The notes beneath the pieces are model-generated. The model ran no database searches, was not told where the DNA came from, and saw only the letters and a program-made list of their open reading frames with translations. The translations under genes and the position numbers were made by a program. A stretch of DNA of 64,000 bases from an uncultured Acidimicrobiales bacterium (GTDB lineage: Bacteria; Actinomycetota; Acidimicrobiia; Acidimicrobiales; SHLQ01): the NCBI GenBank assembly GCA_964517125.1, contig CAZFBD010000002.1, positions 48,402 through 112,401 of the forward strand, given 5' to 3'. Below are positions 46,764-56,271 of the stretch, in pieces. Numbering within the stretch: the first letter of the stretch is position 1; the number at the start of each line of letters is the position of its first letter.

Positions 46764-48248
46764 TCAGTTGAGCTTGCGGCGGATCCGTTTGCCGATGACG
46801 TTGGCGGGAAGATCGTCGACCACCCAAACCGACTTGGGAACCTTGTACCGGGCAAGCTCATCACGCACGTGGTCGGTGAGGTCGTCCTCGTCGACGGTGT
46901 CGCCGTTGTTGGCAACCACATAGGCCACCACTCGCTCACCCGTTCGGTCGTCGGCTTCACCAATGACCAGCGCTCCGGAAACTGCAGGGTGCGATTCGAG
47001 GCAGAGTTCGACTTCGACCGGGCTGATCTTGAAGCCCGAAACCGAAATCATGTCCTTGCTCCGGCCAACGAGGTACACGCGGTCGTCGTAGACCGCAATG
47101 TCGCCGGTGCGGTACCAGCCGTCGTCGGTGAAGAGGTCTGCATTCAGTTCGTCGGCGCCCCAATACCCACCGAAGACACAATCGCCCCGGACCCAGATCT
47201 CGCCTGGATCACCGGGCTCGGCGTCGACGAGGCCGTCTTCATCGATGATGCGCAGCTCGACGTGGTCGAGTGGAGTCCCGACCGACCCGGGGCGGGACCG
47301 TGCGTTGGGTTCGAAGGTGATCGTGCCGGCGGTTTCGGTCAGGCCATACCCTTGCGCCAGCTCGATGCCGAGCTGGTCATGCACCTTGCCGGTGACATCG
47401 GGGGTGAGGGTGGCCGCACCACATCGGGCCAGCTTCACGTTTGCGAGTGCCGCCGGTGAGGCTCCGGGGGCATCGGCAAGGTCGGCCCACATGGCGGGGA
47501 CGAGGACGAGCGTGTCGATTGCGTGTTCGTCGATGAGACCGAGGGCCTGTTCGGCATTCCAGTGCGACTGCAGCACCGTGGTACCGCGGTTCCTGAGGGT
47601 GGACAGCACGGCAACGTTGAGTCCGAGGATGTGGACCATCGGCAGCGCAGCGAGGCTGACGGCGCCTTCGTTCAGTTGCATGTCATCACTTGCCACGACG
47701 GCGTCCTGGGTGGCACGAAGGTTCCGGTGTGTCAGCACGGCGGGCCGGGGCAGGCCCGACACGCCGCTGGTGAAGATCAGAAGCGCCGGGTCTTCGTCCT
47801 CGACGGCAGCGATGGGAATGGGGTCGGCGTCGACCGAAGCGATATCGCCTGCGACTCCTGAGGGTGTCGCCACCAACTTGGTGCCGAAGCCTGCTGCGGC
47901 GAGATCGTTGGCGACGCCGATGGATTGCCGGGAGGCACCGCAAAGCAACGCGTCGGGGTTCACGGCCTCGAGGTACTGGGTGAGCTGCGGGACGGGATCC
48001 TGGTGGTTCAACAGCACCACAGTGCAGCCCGCATGCCAGGCACCCAGCAGACCAACGATGAACGAGGGCTCGTTGCCGGCGAGCAGACAGATTCGGTCGC
48101 CGCTTCCGAGACCGGCGGCAACGAGACCACCGGCGGTTCGGGCGACCTGGGCCTGCAGTTCGGCGTAGGTGACGCGGGTCGATCCGTCGATGATGGCGAC
48201 CCGATCGGCGGGTGCATCGTCAAGGAGGTGCGCAAGGTTGGTGGTCAC
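46764..48248 (-). CDS. Acyl-CoA synthetase / AMP-dependent ligase (FadD-like)
   Basis: The GTG start at 48248 (VTTNLAHLLDDAP...) forms a GTGA overlap with the upstream plsC stop. The AMP motif is LIFTSGVSGLPRPAVLTHRN, and the C-terminus has YRTGDIA and VPKSV. The track ORF is over-extended. Confidence 0.85.
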   Translation of the reverse strand: MTTNLAHLLDDAPADRVAIIDGSTRVTYAELQAQVARTAGGLVAAGLGSGDRICLLAGNEPSFIVGLLGAWHAGCTVVLLNHQDPVPQLTQYLEAVNPDALLCGASRQSIGVANDLAAAGFGTKLVATPSGVAGDIASVDADPIPIAAVEDEDPALLIFTSGVSGLPRPAVLTHRNLRATQDAVVASDDMQLNEGAVSLAALPMVHILGLNVAVLSTLRNRGTTVLQSHWNAEQALGLIDEHAIDTLVLVPAMWADLADAPGASPAALANVKLARCGAATLTPDVTGKVHDQLGIELAQGYGLTETAGTITFEPNARSRPGSVGTPLDHVELRIIDEDGLVDAEPGDPGEIWVRGDCVFGGYWGADELNADLFTDDGWYRTGDIAVYDDRVYLVGRSKDMISVSGFKISPVEVELCLESHPAVSGALVIGEADDRTGERVVAYVVANNGDTVDEDDLTDHVRDELARYKVPKSVWVVDDLPANVIGKRIRRKLN

Positions 48249-48994
48249 GTGTCTCCAACACTGATCAGCGGGTCGACGGGCTCGTCGCCGTAGGTGTCCT
48301 TGTAGTCCTGTTCCGACAGCTCCGAGATCTCGTACATCAGCTCGTCGGTGATGGTGCGCAGGACTCGTCGGTTGTTCTGTCCCTTGCTGCGCCGCACGAC
48401 ATTGATGGGACGCCCGAAGCGGACGGTGCACGACAGACCGAAGTCGGGCTTCCACGAATCGACCGGCTGGATTTTGTCGGTACCGATGAGCCCAATGGGG
48501 ACGATGGGAGCCCCGCTGCGGAGGGCCAGGCGGACGGCGCCGGTGCGCCCCCGATGCAGGAATCCGTCGCGGGTTCGGGTGCCCTCGGGATAGATCAGAA
48601 ATGCTTCGCCCATGCGCAACCATCCGGCCACGTTGTTGAGCGTCGTGTTCGTGGAGTCGCCCCCGGACCGGTCGATGGGCACCATGCCCATTGCCGGGAA
48701 CAGGTAGCGAGTCTTCCAGTCGTCCATGTACTCGCCCTTCCCCACAGCGAGGGTGCGCCGCGGGGCGAGAGCCATGACGAACATGGAATCGATGAAGGAC
48801 AGGTGATTCGGGGTGAGGAGCACCGGGCCGTCGGTCGGGACGTTCTCGCGACCCTCGATCGTGAAGTCCCAGAGCTTGCGCACCCCTGCGCTGATCGGGG
48901 TGCGAAGCGGGTCCTGGAGCCAGCCGGGTTGTCGTCCGTCGTGGATGATCTCGATGTCATCCTCGCCTGGATCGTCGTTGGTGTCGTCAGACAT
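48245..48994 (-). CDS. plsC: 1-acyl-sn-glycerol-3-phosphate acyltransferase (PlsC family)
   Basis: The ATG at 48994 gives MSDDTNDDPGE.... The acyltransferase motifs are NHLSFIDS (HX4D) and IYPEGTRTRDG. Confidence 0.85.
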   Translation of the reverse strand: MSDDTNDDPGEDDIEIIHDGRQPGWLQDPLRTPISAGVRKLWDFTIEGRENVPTDGPVLLTPNHLSFIDSMFVMALAPRRTLAVGKGEYMDDWKTRYLFPAMGMVPIDRSGGDSTNTTLNNVAGWLRMGEAFLIYPEGTRTRDGFLHRGRTGAVRLALRSGAPIVPIGLIGTDKIQPVDSWKPDFGLSCTVRFGRPINVVRRSKGQNNRRVLRTITDELMYEISELSEQDYKDTYGDEPVDPLISVGDT

Positions 48995-50444
48995 CTGTGC
49001 TGCCACTGCGGTCACCGTCGGCCCCTCCCTCCGCCATCGAGAGATACGCCATCTTGAGTAGATCGCGCAACTCCGTCGTCTCCTGGACGGCCGCTGAATC
49101 GATGACCAAGCCAAAGTGCATCGTGCCGTCGTAGCTCATTGCTGTGAGATTGAATGCGGTGCCGCCCGTGGGGCCCACCGGGTACATGCGAAGGATCTTT
49201 CCTCCGGCGACATAGATGGAGAAGGGGGCGCCGCGAAGGTTCGATGTTCCCCAATCCATCCGGGCGGACCGGGACCGGCCGGTTCGGCTGAGGACGGCTG
49301 AAGGGAGCCCGTTGGCCAAGGCCGCGGCGAACTCCATCGAATCTGACATGGCGGCGGCATCGCCTCGTTTGTCTTCCATTGCCTGGAGCACGAGGTCGAA
49401 CTGGGTGGTGTCATCGGACGCCGTACCAACGGTGAATGGCACCGGAGCGAAGGCGTTTCCTCCGGCCTTGTCGTCGGCCCGGGTGCTCATGATGAAGCTC
49501 AGGTTGAAACTCGGGGGTTTGAGACTGCGAGCGCCGTGATAGTCCCGCGCTGCGATGACGGATCCGGCCACGAACGCATCGTTGATGGAGCCACCCTGTG
49601 CGGCTGCCGCTCGCTGCATCGTCTCCAATGGCAGATCGAAGACCTCCACGGTTCGCTCGGCCGACCGCTGAGCCCAGAGCGGAGACGCGGGTGCGCCCAG
49701 ATCGGACCCAACCATCTGACTGATCAAGGAGCTGGATCGCTCCGTGACGGCCTTGATTGCTGATCGGGCTCGGGCTCGGTCGGCACCCCAAAGCGCAACC
49801 TCGGCTGCTGCGGTCCGGGCCAGCGAGAACTGCTCGCGCAGAAGATGGTCGACGTCGTCGAGCGAGTCGACGAGCCGACCCTTTGAGGGCGCTGCCGCCG
49901 GAGCTTCGGCGACATCGGCACCGGTGGGTGCAGGGTCGCGTTCGAGGTCCAGGTACATCTCGGCCAGACGCAAAGCTCCAATACCGTCGCTGACGGAGTG
50001 GTGCAGCTTCATGATGATGGCGCCCTTCACCGCATCCTTGCGGCGGCTACCCGACCCCTTGACGGCGACGAAGGTCCACAGCGGCTTGTCGGTTGCGAAG
50101 GGTTCGGTGAACACGCTGGCGGTGAGATCCAGGAGTTCGCGCTCGCCGCCGGGAGCGGGCAGCGTCTCGAAACGAACATGGTTGGCGATGTCGAAGCTGT
50201 CGTCGATGATCCATCGGGGTGGAGCGATGCCCATCCCTTCCTCGACCCGTTCCCGAAGCCGCAGCAAGGTTCGGGAGGCCTGCTCCATGGATTCGGTAAA
50301 GCGCTCGAAGTCGGGGGCGGTATCGAGCACGAAGAGCGATCCCATGGCCGAGGACAGGACGGGGTCGCGTTCGGCGGCCCACATCATGGCTTCGAGTTCG
50401 GTCATGCGAGACCCGGCGTGCAGCTCCCGCTCGGTTGCGCTCAT
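48987..50444 (-). CDS. Wax ester synthase / diacylglycerol acyltransferase (WS/DGAT)
   Basis: The ATG at 50444 gives MSATERELHAG... and forms an ATGA overlap with the upstream gene. The catalytic motif is HHSVSDGIG (HHxxxDG). The protein is 485 aa. Confidence 0.9.
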   Translation of the reverse strand: MSATERELHAGSRMTELEAMMWAAERDPVLSSAMGSLFVLDTAPDFERFTESMEQASRTLLRLRERVEEGMGIAPPRWIIDDSFDIANHVRFETLPAPGGERELLDLTASVFTEPFATDKPLWTFVAVKGSGSRRKDAVKGAIIMKLHHSVSDGIGALRLAEMYLDLERDPAPTGADVAEAPAAAPSKGRLVDSLDDVDHLLREQFSLARTAAAEVALWGADRARARSAIKAVTERSSSLISQMVGSDLGAPASPLWAQRSAERTVEVFDLPLETMQRAAAAQGGSINDAFVAGSVIAARDYHGARSLKPPSFNLSFIMSTRADDKAGGNAFAPVPFTVGTASDDTTQFDLVLQAMEDKRGDAAAMSDSMEFAAALANGLPSAVLSRTGRSRSARMDWGTSNLRGAPFSIYVAGGKILRMYPVGPTGGTAFNLTAMSYDGTMHFGLVIDSAAVQETTELRDLLKMAYLSMAEGGADGDRSGSTDV

Positions 50445-51817
50445 GGCGCCTTCCCGGCCGGATAGGTGCGGGCGAGGTCGGCTTCGGTTGGTTCGCGCTG
50501 CTCTCGTGCTTCGGCGGGAAGCAATTCGCTGATGGCGGTCATGATCCGAACGGTGTCGGTGGTTGCCTTCCGCCGCTTGAGCTCTACGGCAGGTCCGACT
50601 GTGACCGAGACCCTCGGTCGAAGTCGGGGATCGAAGATCGGGGCCTTCTTGTTCCGTGGCCAGACCACTTCGGTTCCCCACAGCCCGACGGGGATGACTT
50701 GGGTCTTGGAATCGATTGCGAGCTGAGCCGCTCCCGGGCGCCCCTTCAGAACCGGGTCGAAGAAGTCGGGGCCGCGCGGAATGGTGCCCTGCGGGGCAAT
50801 GGCGACCATCTCGCCGGCGACGAGCGCCTCGTTTGCGTTACGCAGCGGGGTCGTCGACCCCGTGCCCCGATCGACCGGGATGCCGCCGCTGAGCCGGGCG
50901 ATTGTCCCGAGCACCGGCGTGTCGAACATTTCGCGCTTCGCAAGGAACCGGCACGGACGGCCAGTGCGAGCGATCAGGATCTGCATGGCGAATGTATCGA
51001 AGTAGCTGCGATGGTTGAACGCAAGGATTGCGCTGCCATCGGTCGGGATGTGTTCGACTCCCGAGATGTCCCAGTCGATTGCCGGAAGCAGTTCGGTGCG
51101 AGCCAGTGGGCGCAGCAGATCCTGCAGCTCCCGACCGAGCACCTTGAGAACGCCGGGTGGTGCGTCGAAGTGCCGGATCTCCCATCCGTGCAAGGCAGCA
51201 ACAGCTGCAAGCTTGGCGTCGGGGTTGACGGCAACGGCGGTGCCAACCACGTCGAGCATGGGGGCGTCGAAGTAGCTGTCGCTGTAGGCCGATGACTCGT
51301 CGAGATCCACATTGTTCGCTTCGGCCCACGCCACGACAGCGTCCCGCTTCTCCGTGCCCCACACGAATGGTCCGTCGGTGACGCCGACGAACTTGCCGTC
51401 CTCATGGGCCCACTTCGTGGCGATCACGTCGTCGAAACCGAGTTCGTCGGCCAGCGCTCCGATCAGGACGGTGGGCGTGGTGGTGGCGAGCACGAGCTTC
51501 ACGCCGGATGCACGAAGCTCGTCCAGCAGAAGGGTTGCGTAGCGCGGCACGGCGTCGGACATCTCGAGCGCAGCGTTTTCGGCCGCACGTTGGACTGCGC
51601 CGACCGGCCAGCCCTTCGCAGTTCGCACGAACTGACGGGTGGCCGCCATGCTCAGCCGGGTCTCTCCGAACTGTTCGTACAGCATCGCGAACAGCTCGGC
51701 GCCCGGAATCTTGTGGGCAGAACCGACACCTTCGGCTTCGAGGTGTTTCGCGAGCGTGCCGCCGGATCCTTTGGGCAGCAGCGTGCGATCAAGATCGAAG
51801 AACGCTGCACCTGTCAT
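50441..51817 (-). CDS. Bifunctional HAD-IB hydrolase / lysophospholipid acyltransferase fusion
   Basis: 458 aa. The N-terminal HAD motif I is FFDLDRTLL (DxDxT). The C-terminal acyltransferase motifs are FNHRSYFDT (HX4D) and IAPQGTIPRG. Confidence 0.85.
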   Translation of the reverse strand: MTGAAFFDLDRTLLPKGSGGTLAKHLEAEGVGSAHKIPGAELFAMLYEQFGETRLSMAATRQFVRTAKGWPVGAVQRAAENAALEMSDAVPRYATLLLDELRASGVKLVLATTTPTVLIGALADELGFDDVIATKWAHEDGKFVGVTDGPFVWGTEKRDAVVAWAEANNVDLDESSAYSDSYFDAPMLDVVGTAVAVNPDAKLAAVAALHGWEIRHFDAPPGVLKVLGRELQDLLRPLARTELLPAIDWDISGVEHIPTDGSAILAFNHRSYFDTFAMQILIARTGRPCRFLAKREMFDTPVLGTIARLSGGIPVDRGTGSTTPLRNANEALVAGEMVAIAPQGTIPRGPDFFDPVLKGRPGAAQLAIDSKTQVIPVGLWGTEVVWPRNKKAPIFDPRLRPRVSVTVGPAVELKRRKATTDTVRIMTAISELLPAEAREQREPTEADLARTYPAGKAP

Positions 51818-51875
51818 GAATCAATAACAGCACACTTGTGAGGATGGGCAAACCCCACCGGCGAACGATTCAGGT

Positions 51876-52094
51876 TCACTCGACGATCGTGATGGCGTAC
51901 TCGGGGCAGTTGTCGGCCGCGAGCCGCGCTCGTTCTTCGTGTTCTGCGGGGACCTCGGCTTCGACGGGTTCTTCCGACGGCCCGGTGAGTTGCAGGATGG
52001 CGTAACCCTCGTCGTCGACGTCGAACAGCTCGGGGGCGAGCGAGTAGCAGCGGTTGTGTCCTTGGCAGGCCGTGCGGTCGTACGTGATCTTCAT
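51876..52094 (-). CDS. Small ferredoxin (CxxHxxC...CP, 3Fe-4S type)
   Basis: 72 aa: MKITYDRTACQGHNRCYSLAPELF...DNCPEYAI. The track ORF (139 aa) is N-terminally over-extended. Confidence 0.8.
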   Translation of the reverse strand: MKITYDRTACQGHNRCYSLAPELFDVDDEGYAILQLTGPSEEPVEAEVPAEHEERARLAADNCPEYAITIVE

Positions 52095-52161
52095 TTCAGT
52101 TCCCCTGATGTCTCGTTGCTCGATCCTGCCATCTGCGGACGTTGCCGTGCTGGATGAACGC

Positions 52162-52821
52162 TCAGGGCACCCCAGCCGATTGCAGGAACCCGATGGTACG
52201 TTCCGCAGCGAGCGCTGCCGATTCCGGGTGGTGGGACGCACGGACATCGCAGTTGAAACCGTGATCGGCTTCCTCGTACACGTGCACGACCACATCGGGA
52301 TGGCGCTCTGCCACGGCGTTCACTCCGTCGAGCGGAATGCCCTTGTCGAGCGCTCCGAAATGCAGCATGGTTGCCACCTGCGGTGCGTGATCGATGAAGT
52401 CCGGAATCTGCCCGCCGTAGTAGCCAACCGCGGCGGCGATGGGCAGCCGGTTGGCTGCCAGCCAGGCGATGGACCCGCCGTAGCAGTAGCCGATGACGGC
52501 GACCGGCCCGGTTCCGGCCACGCGAGCGACGGCAGCTGCGACGTCGAGCATGGAATCGTCCCATTCCAATTCCTGACGGTGAGCCCGTCCGGCGGCAACC
52601 CCATCTGCCGTGTACTCGAGCTCGATGCCGCGTTCCACCCGGTCGAAGAGCGCTGGAGCGATGGCCCGGTAGCCGAGCGAGGCGTAGTGGTCGACGACAG
52701 ATCGAATGTGGGGGTTGACACCGAAGATCTCCTGGATGATCACGACCGACCCGGTCGCCCCACCGGGGTGCACTTCATGGGCAGCGAGAGTGTGACCGTC
52801 GGATGCGGTGAGTTGCGTCAT
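52162..52821 (-). CDS. Dienelactone hydrolase family protein
   Basis: The ATG at 52821 gives MTQLTASDGHTLAAHEV.... Motifs are IIQEIFGVN, the nucleophile motif GYCYGG, and a C-terminal HGF. Confidence 0.85.
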   Translation of the reverse strand: MTQLTASDGHTLAAHEVHPGGATGSVVIIQEIFGVNPHIRSVVDHYASLGYRAIAPALFDRVERGIELEYTADGVAAGRAHRQELEWDDSMLDVAAAVARVAGTGPVAVIGYCYGGSIAWLAANRLPIAAAVGYYGGQIPDFIDHAPQVATMLHFGALDKGIPLDGVNAVAERHPDVVVHVYEEADHGFNCDVRASHHPESAALAAERTIGFLQSAGVP

Positions 52822-52846
52822 CGAGACAACGTACCCGAGCGATGAA

Positions 52847-54055
52847 TCAGAAGAAGTCGGTGAGCGTTGGAGCAGGAGCAGCGAAGAGTCGATCGAGGCG
52901 GTGCACATCGCCGGGAGTCGCCCCGCCCAGACGTCCTCGTGCCTGCAGACTTGCCGCCGACCGGAACCCCGTGAACATCGCCGACAGATCGTTGATGGTG
53001 ATGCCGACGGTTCCCTCTCCCCCAGACTCGACGTGCACTTCGTCCCCGTCGCACGAAACCACGATTCGACCGTTGTTTCGCTGCAGGTGCGGGTCGGAGA
53101 CATCCAAGTGCAGCGGCGAGCCGATGCTCCCGCCACCGCGGGCCACGAGCGCGGCCTGCACGTCGAGCAGGCGTGCCATCCACAGCTCCTGCGCCTCGAC
53201 GCGACAGAGCTCCGGCCGGTCGAGGAGCGCAGCAAGATCGTGGGCGTCGAGCACCGTGTGCACCAGACCGGCGATGGTGCCGTGACCGGTCAGGCTTGCA
53301 CCGATCGCCACGAGCCCGTCGGGTTCACCGAAGGCATCGAGGAGCTCGAAGTCGTACTCCGAGGCTCGTTCCGTGCTGCCGTCGGTGTTCTGCACGGCGG
53401 CTGCGGCGATGGGAACCCCTGCTCGTCGAGCGACCAGGAGGCGGGTGTGTCGCTCGGGTTTTGCGACGGCCTGATGCATGCGGGCCCAGTACCAGTCGTC
53501 GCGAATGAGCCAACCGTTCGAACGGGCTGCGTGGCTCTCGTGGAGACCGTGGAGCTCACCGTATGCGTCGGCCGATTCCTCGGTCACGGAGACGCCATCG
53601 GGAGCGACCCGAGACAGTTCGCGAAGCGGAAAGCTGCGTTTGGTCCAGGTCCCGGCCGACTCGTACCCCACCGACCGGTACAGGCGTGAGGTGGAAGCGA
53701 AGAGGGTGGCCAGCACGATGCCACGATCAAGCATCAGCTCGAACAGATCCTGCATCATCTGGCGAGCCAGTCCGCGGCCGTTCATGTGCGGGGCCACGGC
53801 CACGCCGGTGACACCGCCCATGGGAAGCGTGTGTCCGTTCAGGACCTGACCGAAGTGGGCGTATGCAGCCGTGGCCACGACCGTCCCATCCGCTCGCGCC
53901 ACCCGGATCTGATCGTGAGGGATGCGGGGCCGGTCGGGGTCGGGTGTGACCGGCCCGCCGAATGCTGAGGATCGGAGTCGGAACCCGTCGATCCATTCCT
54001 CCGGCTTCATCTGGTCGTGAATGATCTTCATCCACGCAGTCTGGTTCACCGGCAC
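52847..54055 (-). CDS. eis: Eis-like GNAT N-acetyltransferase with a C-terminal SCP2-like domain
   Basis: 402 aa. The GNAT core is GVTGVAVAPHMNGRGLARQMMQDLF. The three-domain length matches the Eis family. Confidence 0.75.
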   Translation of the reverse strand: MPVNQTAWMKIIHDQMKPEEWIDGFRLRSSAFGGPVTPDPDRPRIPHDQIRVARADGTVVATAAYAHFGQVLNGHTLPMGGVTGVAVAPHMNGRGLARQMMQDLFELMLDRGIVLATLFASTSRLYRSVGYESAGTWTKRSFPLRELSRVAPDGVSVTEESADAYGELHGLHESHAARSNGWLIRDDWYWARMHQAVAKPERHTRLLVARRAGVPIAAAAVQNTDGSTERASEYDFELLDAFGEPDGLVAIGASLTGHGTIAGLVHTVLDAHDLAALLDRPELCRVEAQELWMARLLDVQAALVARGGGSIGSPLHLDVSDPHLQRNNGRIVVSCDGDEVHVESGGEGTVGITINDLSAMFTGFRSAASLQARGRLGGATPGDVHRLDRLFAAPAPTLTDFF

Positions 54056-55318
54056 CGGTTTCGCAGCGGCGCGTCCACGTGGTCAAATGCGGTGGTGACC
54101 GCACGAAAGCGCCCCGGCCGGATTCGCCGTGACACGCGGCCCGATGCGGGCTGGGCCGTCGACACTGGTGCGTTCCGCAGGTTCAGCCAGGTCAACGATG
54201 TGTTCAACCGTTCGTGGTGGGACGACGCCGTTCACTCCAGCGAAACGGAGCGGTTCTTCGAGTCGTATCGCAAGCCACTGGTGGATTGGAAGAAGGCCCG
54301 CGGGTTCCGGCGCAAGGACTATGCACTGCGAAACGCTGCGTGGCACGGCGCCGACATCTTCGCCGAGCTCAAGGAAGCCGACGACCGCCGGGAAGGGTTT
54401 CTGGATCCATTGTCGGTGCTCCGCGAGGCGTCGGACGAGAAGCTCGATCTTGGGACACCTGCTGAAGAGGCCGAGGAACTGAAGCAGGTGGCGCTCACCC
54501 TCGGCGCTGATCTTTGCGGAATCGCCGAGGCCGACGAGCGGTGGCTCTACACCGAGGCATATTCGCGTGAAGCGAATGGAGCGAAGCCGAACCCGATGGA
54601 TCCGGCCCTGAACCGGGTCGTCGTGATCGGACAGGCCATGGACCCGACCCTGATCGCCACCGCCCCAGCGGCGCTCGCCGGAGCAGCCACCGGGCTGGGT
54701 TACAGCCAGGATGTCATCGTGCTGCTGGCGATCTCGCAGTACATCCGGAACCTCGGCTACCAGGCGATTCCGACGTTGAACGACACCGCGCTCGCCATCC
54801 CCTACGCCATCAAGGCCGGGCTCGGCGAGTACGGCCGCCATGGGCTGGTCATCACCCCTGAGCATGGTTCGAACGTTCGGTTCGGCAAGATCTTCACCGA
54901 CCTGCCGGTCGATATCGATGTACCGATTCGGTTCGGTGTCGAGGAGATGTGCAACGTGTGCCGGGCGTGTAGCACCGCATGCCCATCGTCGGCGATACCC
55001 GATGGCGTTCCATCGGCCGAGCTTCACAACGTGAGCAACATCGAAGGCATCACCAAGTGGTCGGTCGATGGCGAGGCCTGCTTCGGCTACTGGGCCAAGA
55101 TCAACAGCGATTGCTCGGTCTGCATTCGGGTCTGTCCGTACACCCGGGATCTCACGACTCGCGCTGGCCAAGCATGGCTGCGGTTGTCGGGAACTCGGCT
55201 GCGTCGGCTGGCGCTGTGGTGGGATGTGCGGTCGGGACGCGGCAAACGGGTGAGCTCGGCACAGTGGTGGTCGGGGCCGCAGACCGATGGTGTGGCGGTG
55301 GAGCTGACCCGCAAGTAG
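54017..55318 (+). CDS. Reductive-dehalogenase-family (RdhA-like) corrinoid / 2x[4Fe-4S] protein (start uncertain)
   Basis: The N-terminus has FRRFSQVNDVFNRSWWD, and the core has YIRNLGYQAIP...AIKAGLGEYGRHGLVITPEHGSNVRFGKIFTDLP. The Fe-S motifs are CNVCRACSTACPSSAI and CSVCIRVCPYT. I see no twin-arginine signal. The annotated start overlaps the divergent eis start by 39 nt, so a downstream GTG is possible. Confidence 0.6.
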   Translation: MNDLHPRSLVHRHRFRSGASTWSNAVVTARKRPGRIRRDTRPDAGWAVDTGAFRRFSQVNDVFNRSWWDDAVHSSETERFFESYRKPLVDWKKARGFRRKDYALRNAAWHGADIFAELKEADDRREGFLDPLSVLREASDEKLDLGTPAEEAEELKQVALTLGADLCGIAEADERWLYTEAYSREANGAKPNPMDPALNRVVVIGQAMDPTLIATAPAALAGAATGLGYSQDVIVLLAISQYIRNLGYQAIPTLNDTALAIPYAIKAGLGEYGRHGLVITPEHGSNVRFGKIFTDLPVDIDVPIRFGVEEMCNVCRACSTACPSSAIPDGVPSAELHNVSNIEGITKWSVDGEACFGYWAKINSDCSVCIRVCPYTRDLTTRAGQAWLRLSGTRLRRLALWWDVRSGRGKRVSSAQWWSGPQTDGVAVELTRK

Positions 55319-55321
55319 ACG

Positions 55322-56188
55322 TCAGCCACCAGCGACGGCGGCAACACCCACGAGCACACAGGCCAGACCAATCAGTTGTCGTGTCGTCACCCGATCGGCA
55401 AAGGCCAGGTAGCCAACGAGCACGATGACCGCCGGGTAGGTCGACGTGACGATGACGGCCTTGGCCGGGTCGAACGTCTTGGCCACGATGAAGAAGACCG
55501 TGCCTCCGCCAGCCAACAGACCACCGATGACCGCTGTCAACCGAAGGCCTGCAGGCGGGAGCACGGAAACGTTGCGGTACCTGGCGAACGCGAGCGTCAC
55601 CAGTGCGGCGACGAGTCGTTCTCCGACCGCCGGCCAGGTTCCGGCAGCGTCCGATGCGTTGAGCACCAGGATGAGGGCGACGGCATAGCCGGTGCCACAG
55701 ATGGTGCCGAAGAGCAGCCCAGTTCCCACGTTCTCCACGTGCGGTTCCTCCCGCTCCGTCTGCACCGCTCCGCCTCGGGCGGAGAGTCCGCGTAATGAGA
55801 TCAGGATCAGCCCCAGGAACGCGAGCCCTGCTCCTACCACGGCGAGCGAGCCGGCCGACGCACCGGTCGCGATCGTGTAGCCAAACGGGATGATCGACGA
55901 GAGCGCACCAACGACAGGCGCGACGACCGTGGCGGTCGAACGTGTGACGCCCACGTAGTAGGCGGCAAGCGCGACGGCCATGGCCACACCCGATGCACAA
56001 CCGATGAGCACGTCGCGCCACGCAAACGCACTCTCCACGAACAACAACGAGGTCAGGGCCGTCACGAGAGCGAACGCCTGGAGCGTGAACGCCACCGTGG
56101 GGACACTCGCCTGAATGGCCACACGACGATTGAACAGATCGGACAGACCGATCGACAGCGCGGCGATGGCGCCAAAGAGCACGCTCAT
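55322..56188 (-). CDS. EamA/DMT-like membrane transporter
   Basis: 288 aa and very hydrophobic, with about 9-10 TM segments. I prefer it to the overlapping 350-aa Arg-rich ORF in another frame. Confidence 0.7.
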   Translation of the reverse strand: MSVLFGAIAALSIGLSDLFNRRVAIQASVPTVAFTLQAFALVTALTSLLFVESAFAWRDVLIGCASGVAMAVALAAYYVGVTRSTATVVAPVVGALSSIIPFGYTIATGASAGSLAVVGAGLAFLGLILISLRGLSARGGAVQTEREEPHVENVGTGLLFGTICGTGYAVALILVLNASDAAGTWPAVGERLVAALVTLAFARYRNVSVLPPAGLRLTAVIGGLLAGGGTVFFIVAKTFDPAKAVIVTSTYPAVIVLVGYLAFADRVTTRQLIGLACVLVGVAAVAGG

Positions 56189-56271
56189 CTGGCCGTGTTC
56201 CCATCCCCGAAAATCATCGGCGCAGCGTACTGGACGAACGTCCAGTTGACGAAGCCCGCTACCGTGGCGCC

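Noticed and set aside
54083-55171. 362-aa minus-strand ORF
   Set aside because: It is antisense to the RdhA-like gene, which carries two clear Fe-S cluster motifs.
55152-56204. 350-aa minus-strand ORF overlapping the DMT transporter gene in another frame
   Set aside because: Its sequence is Arg/Gly-rich and non-hydrophobic. The alternative 288-aa frame encodes a coherent multi-TM protein.
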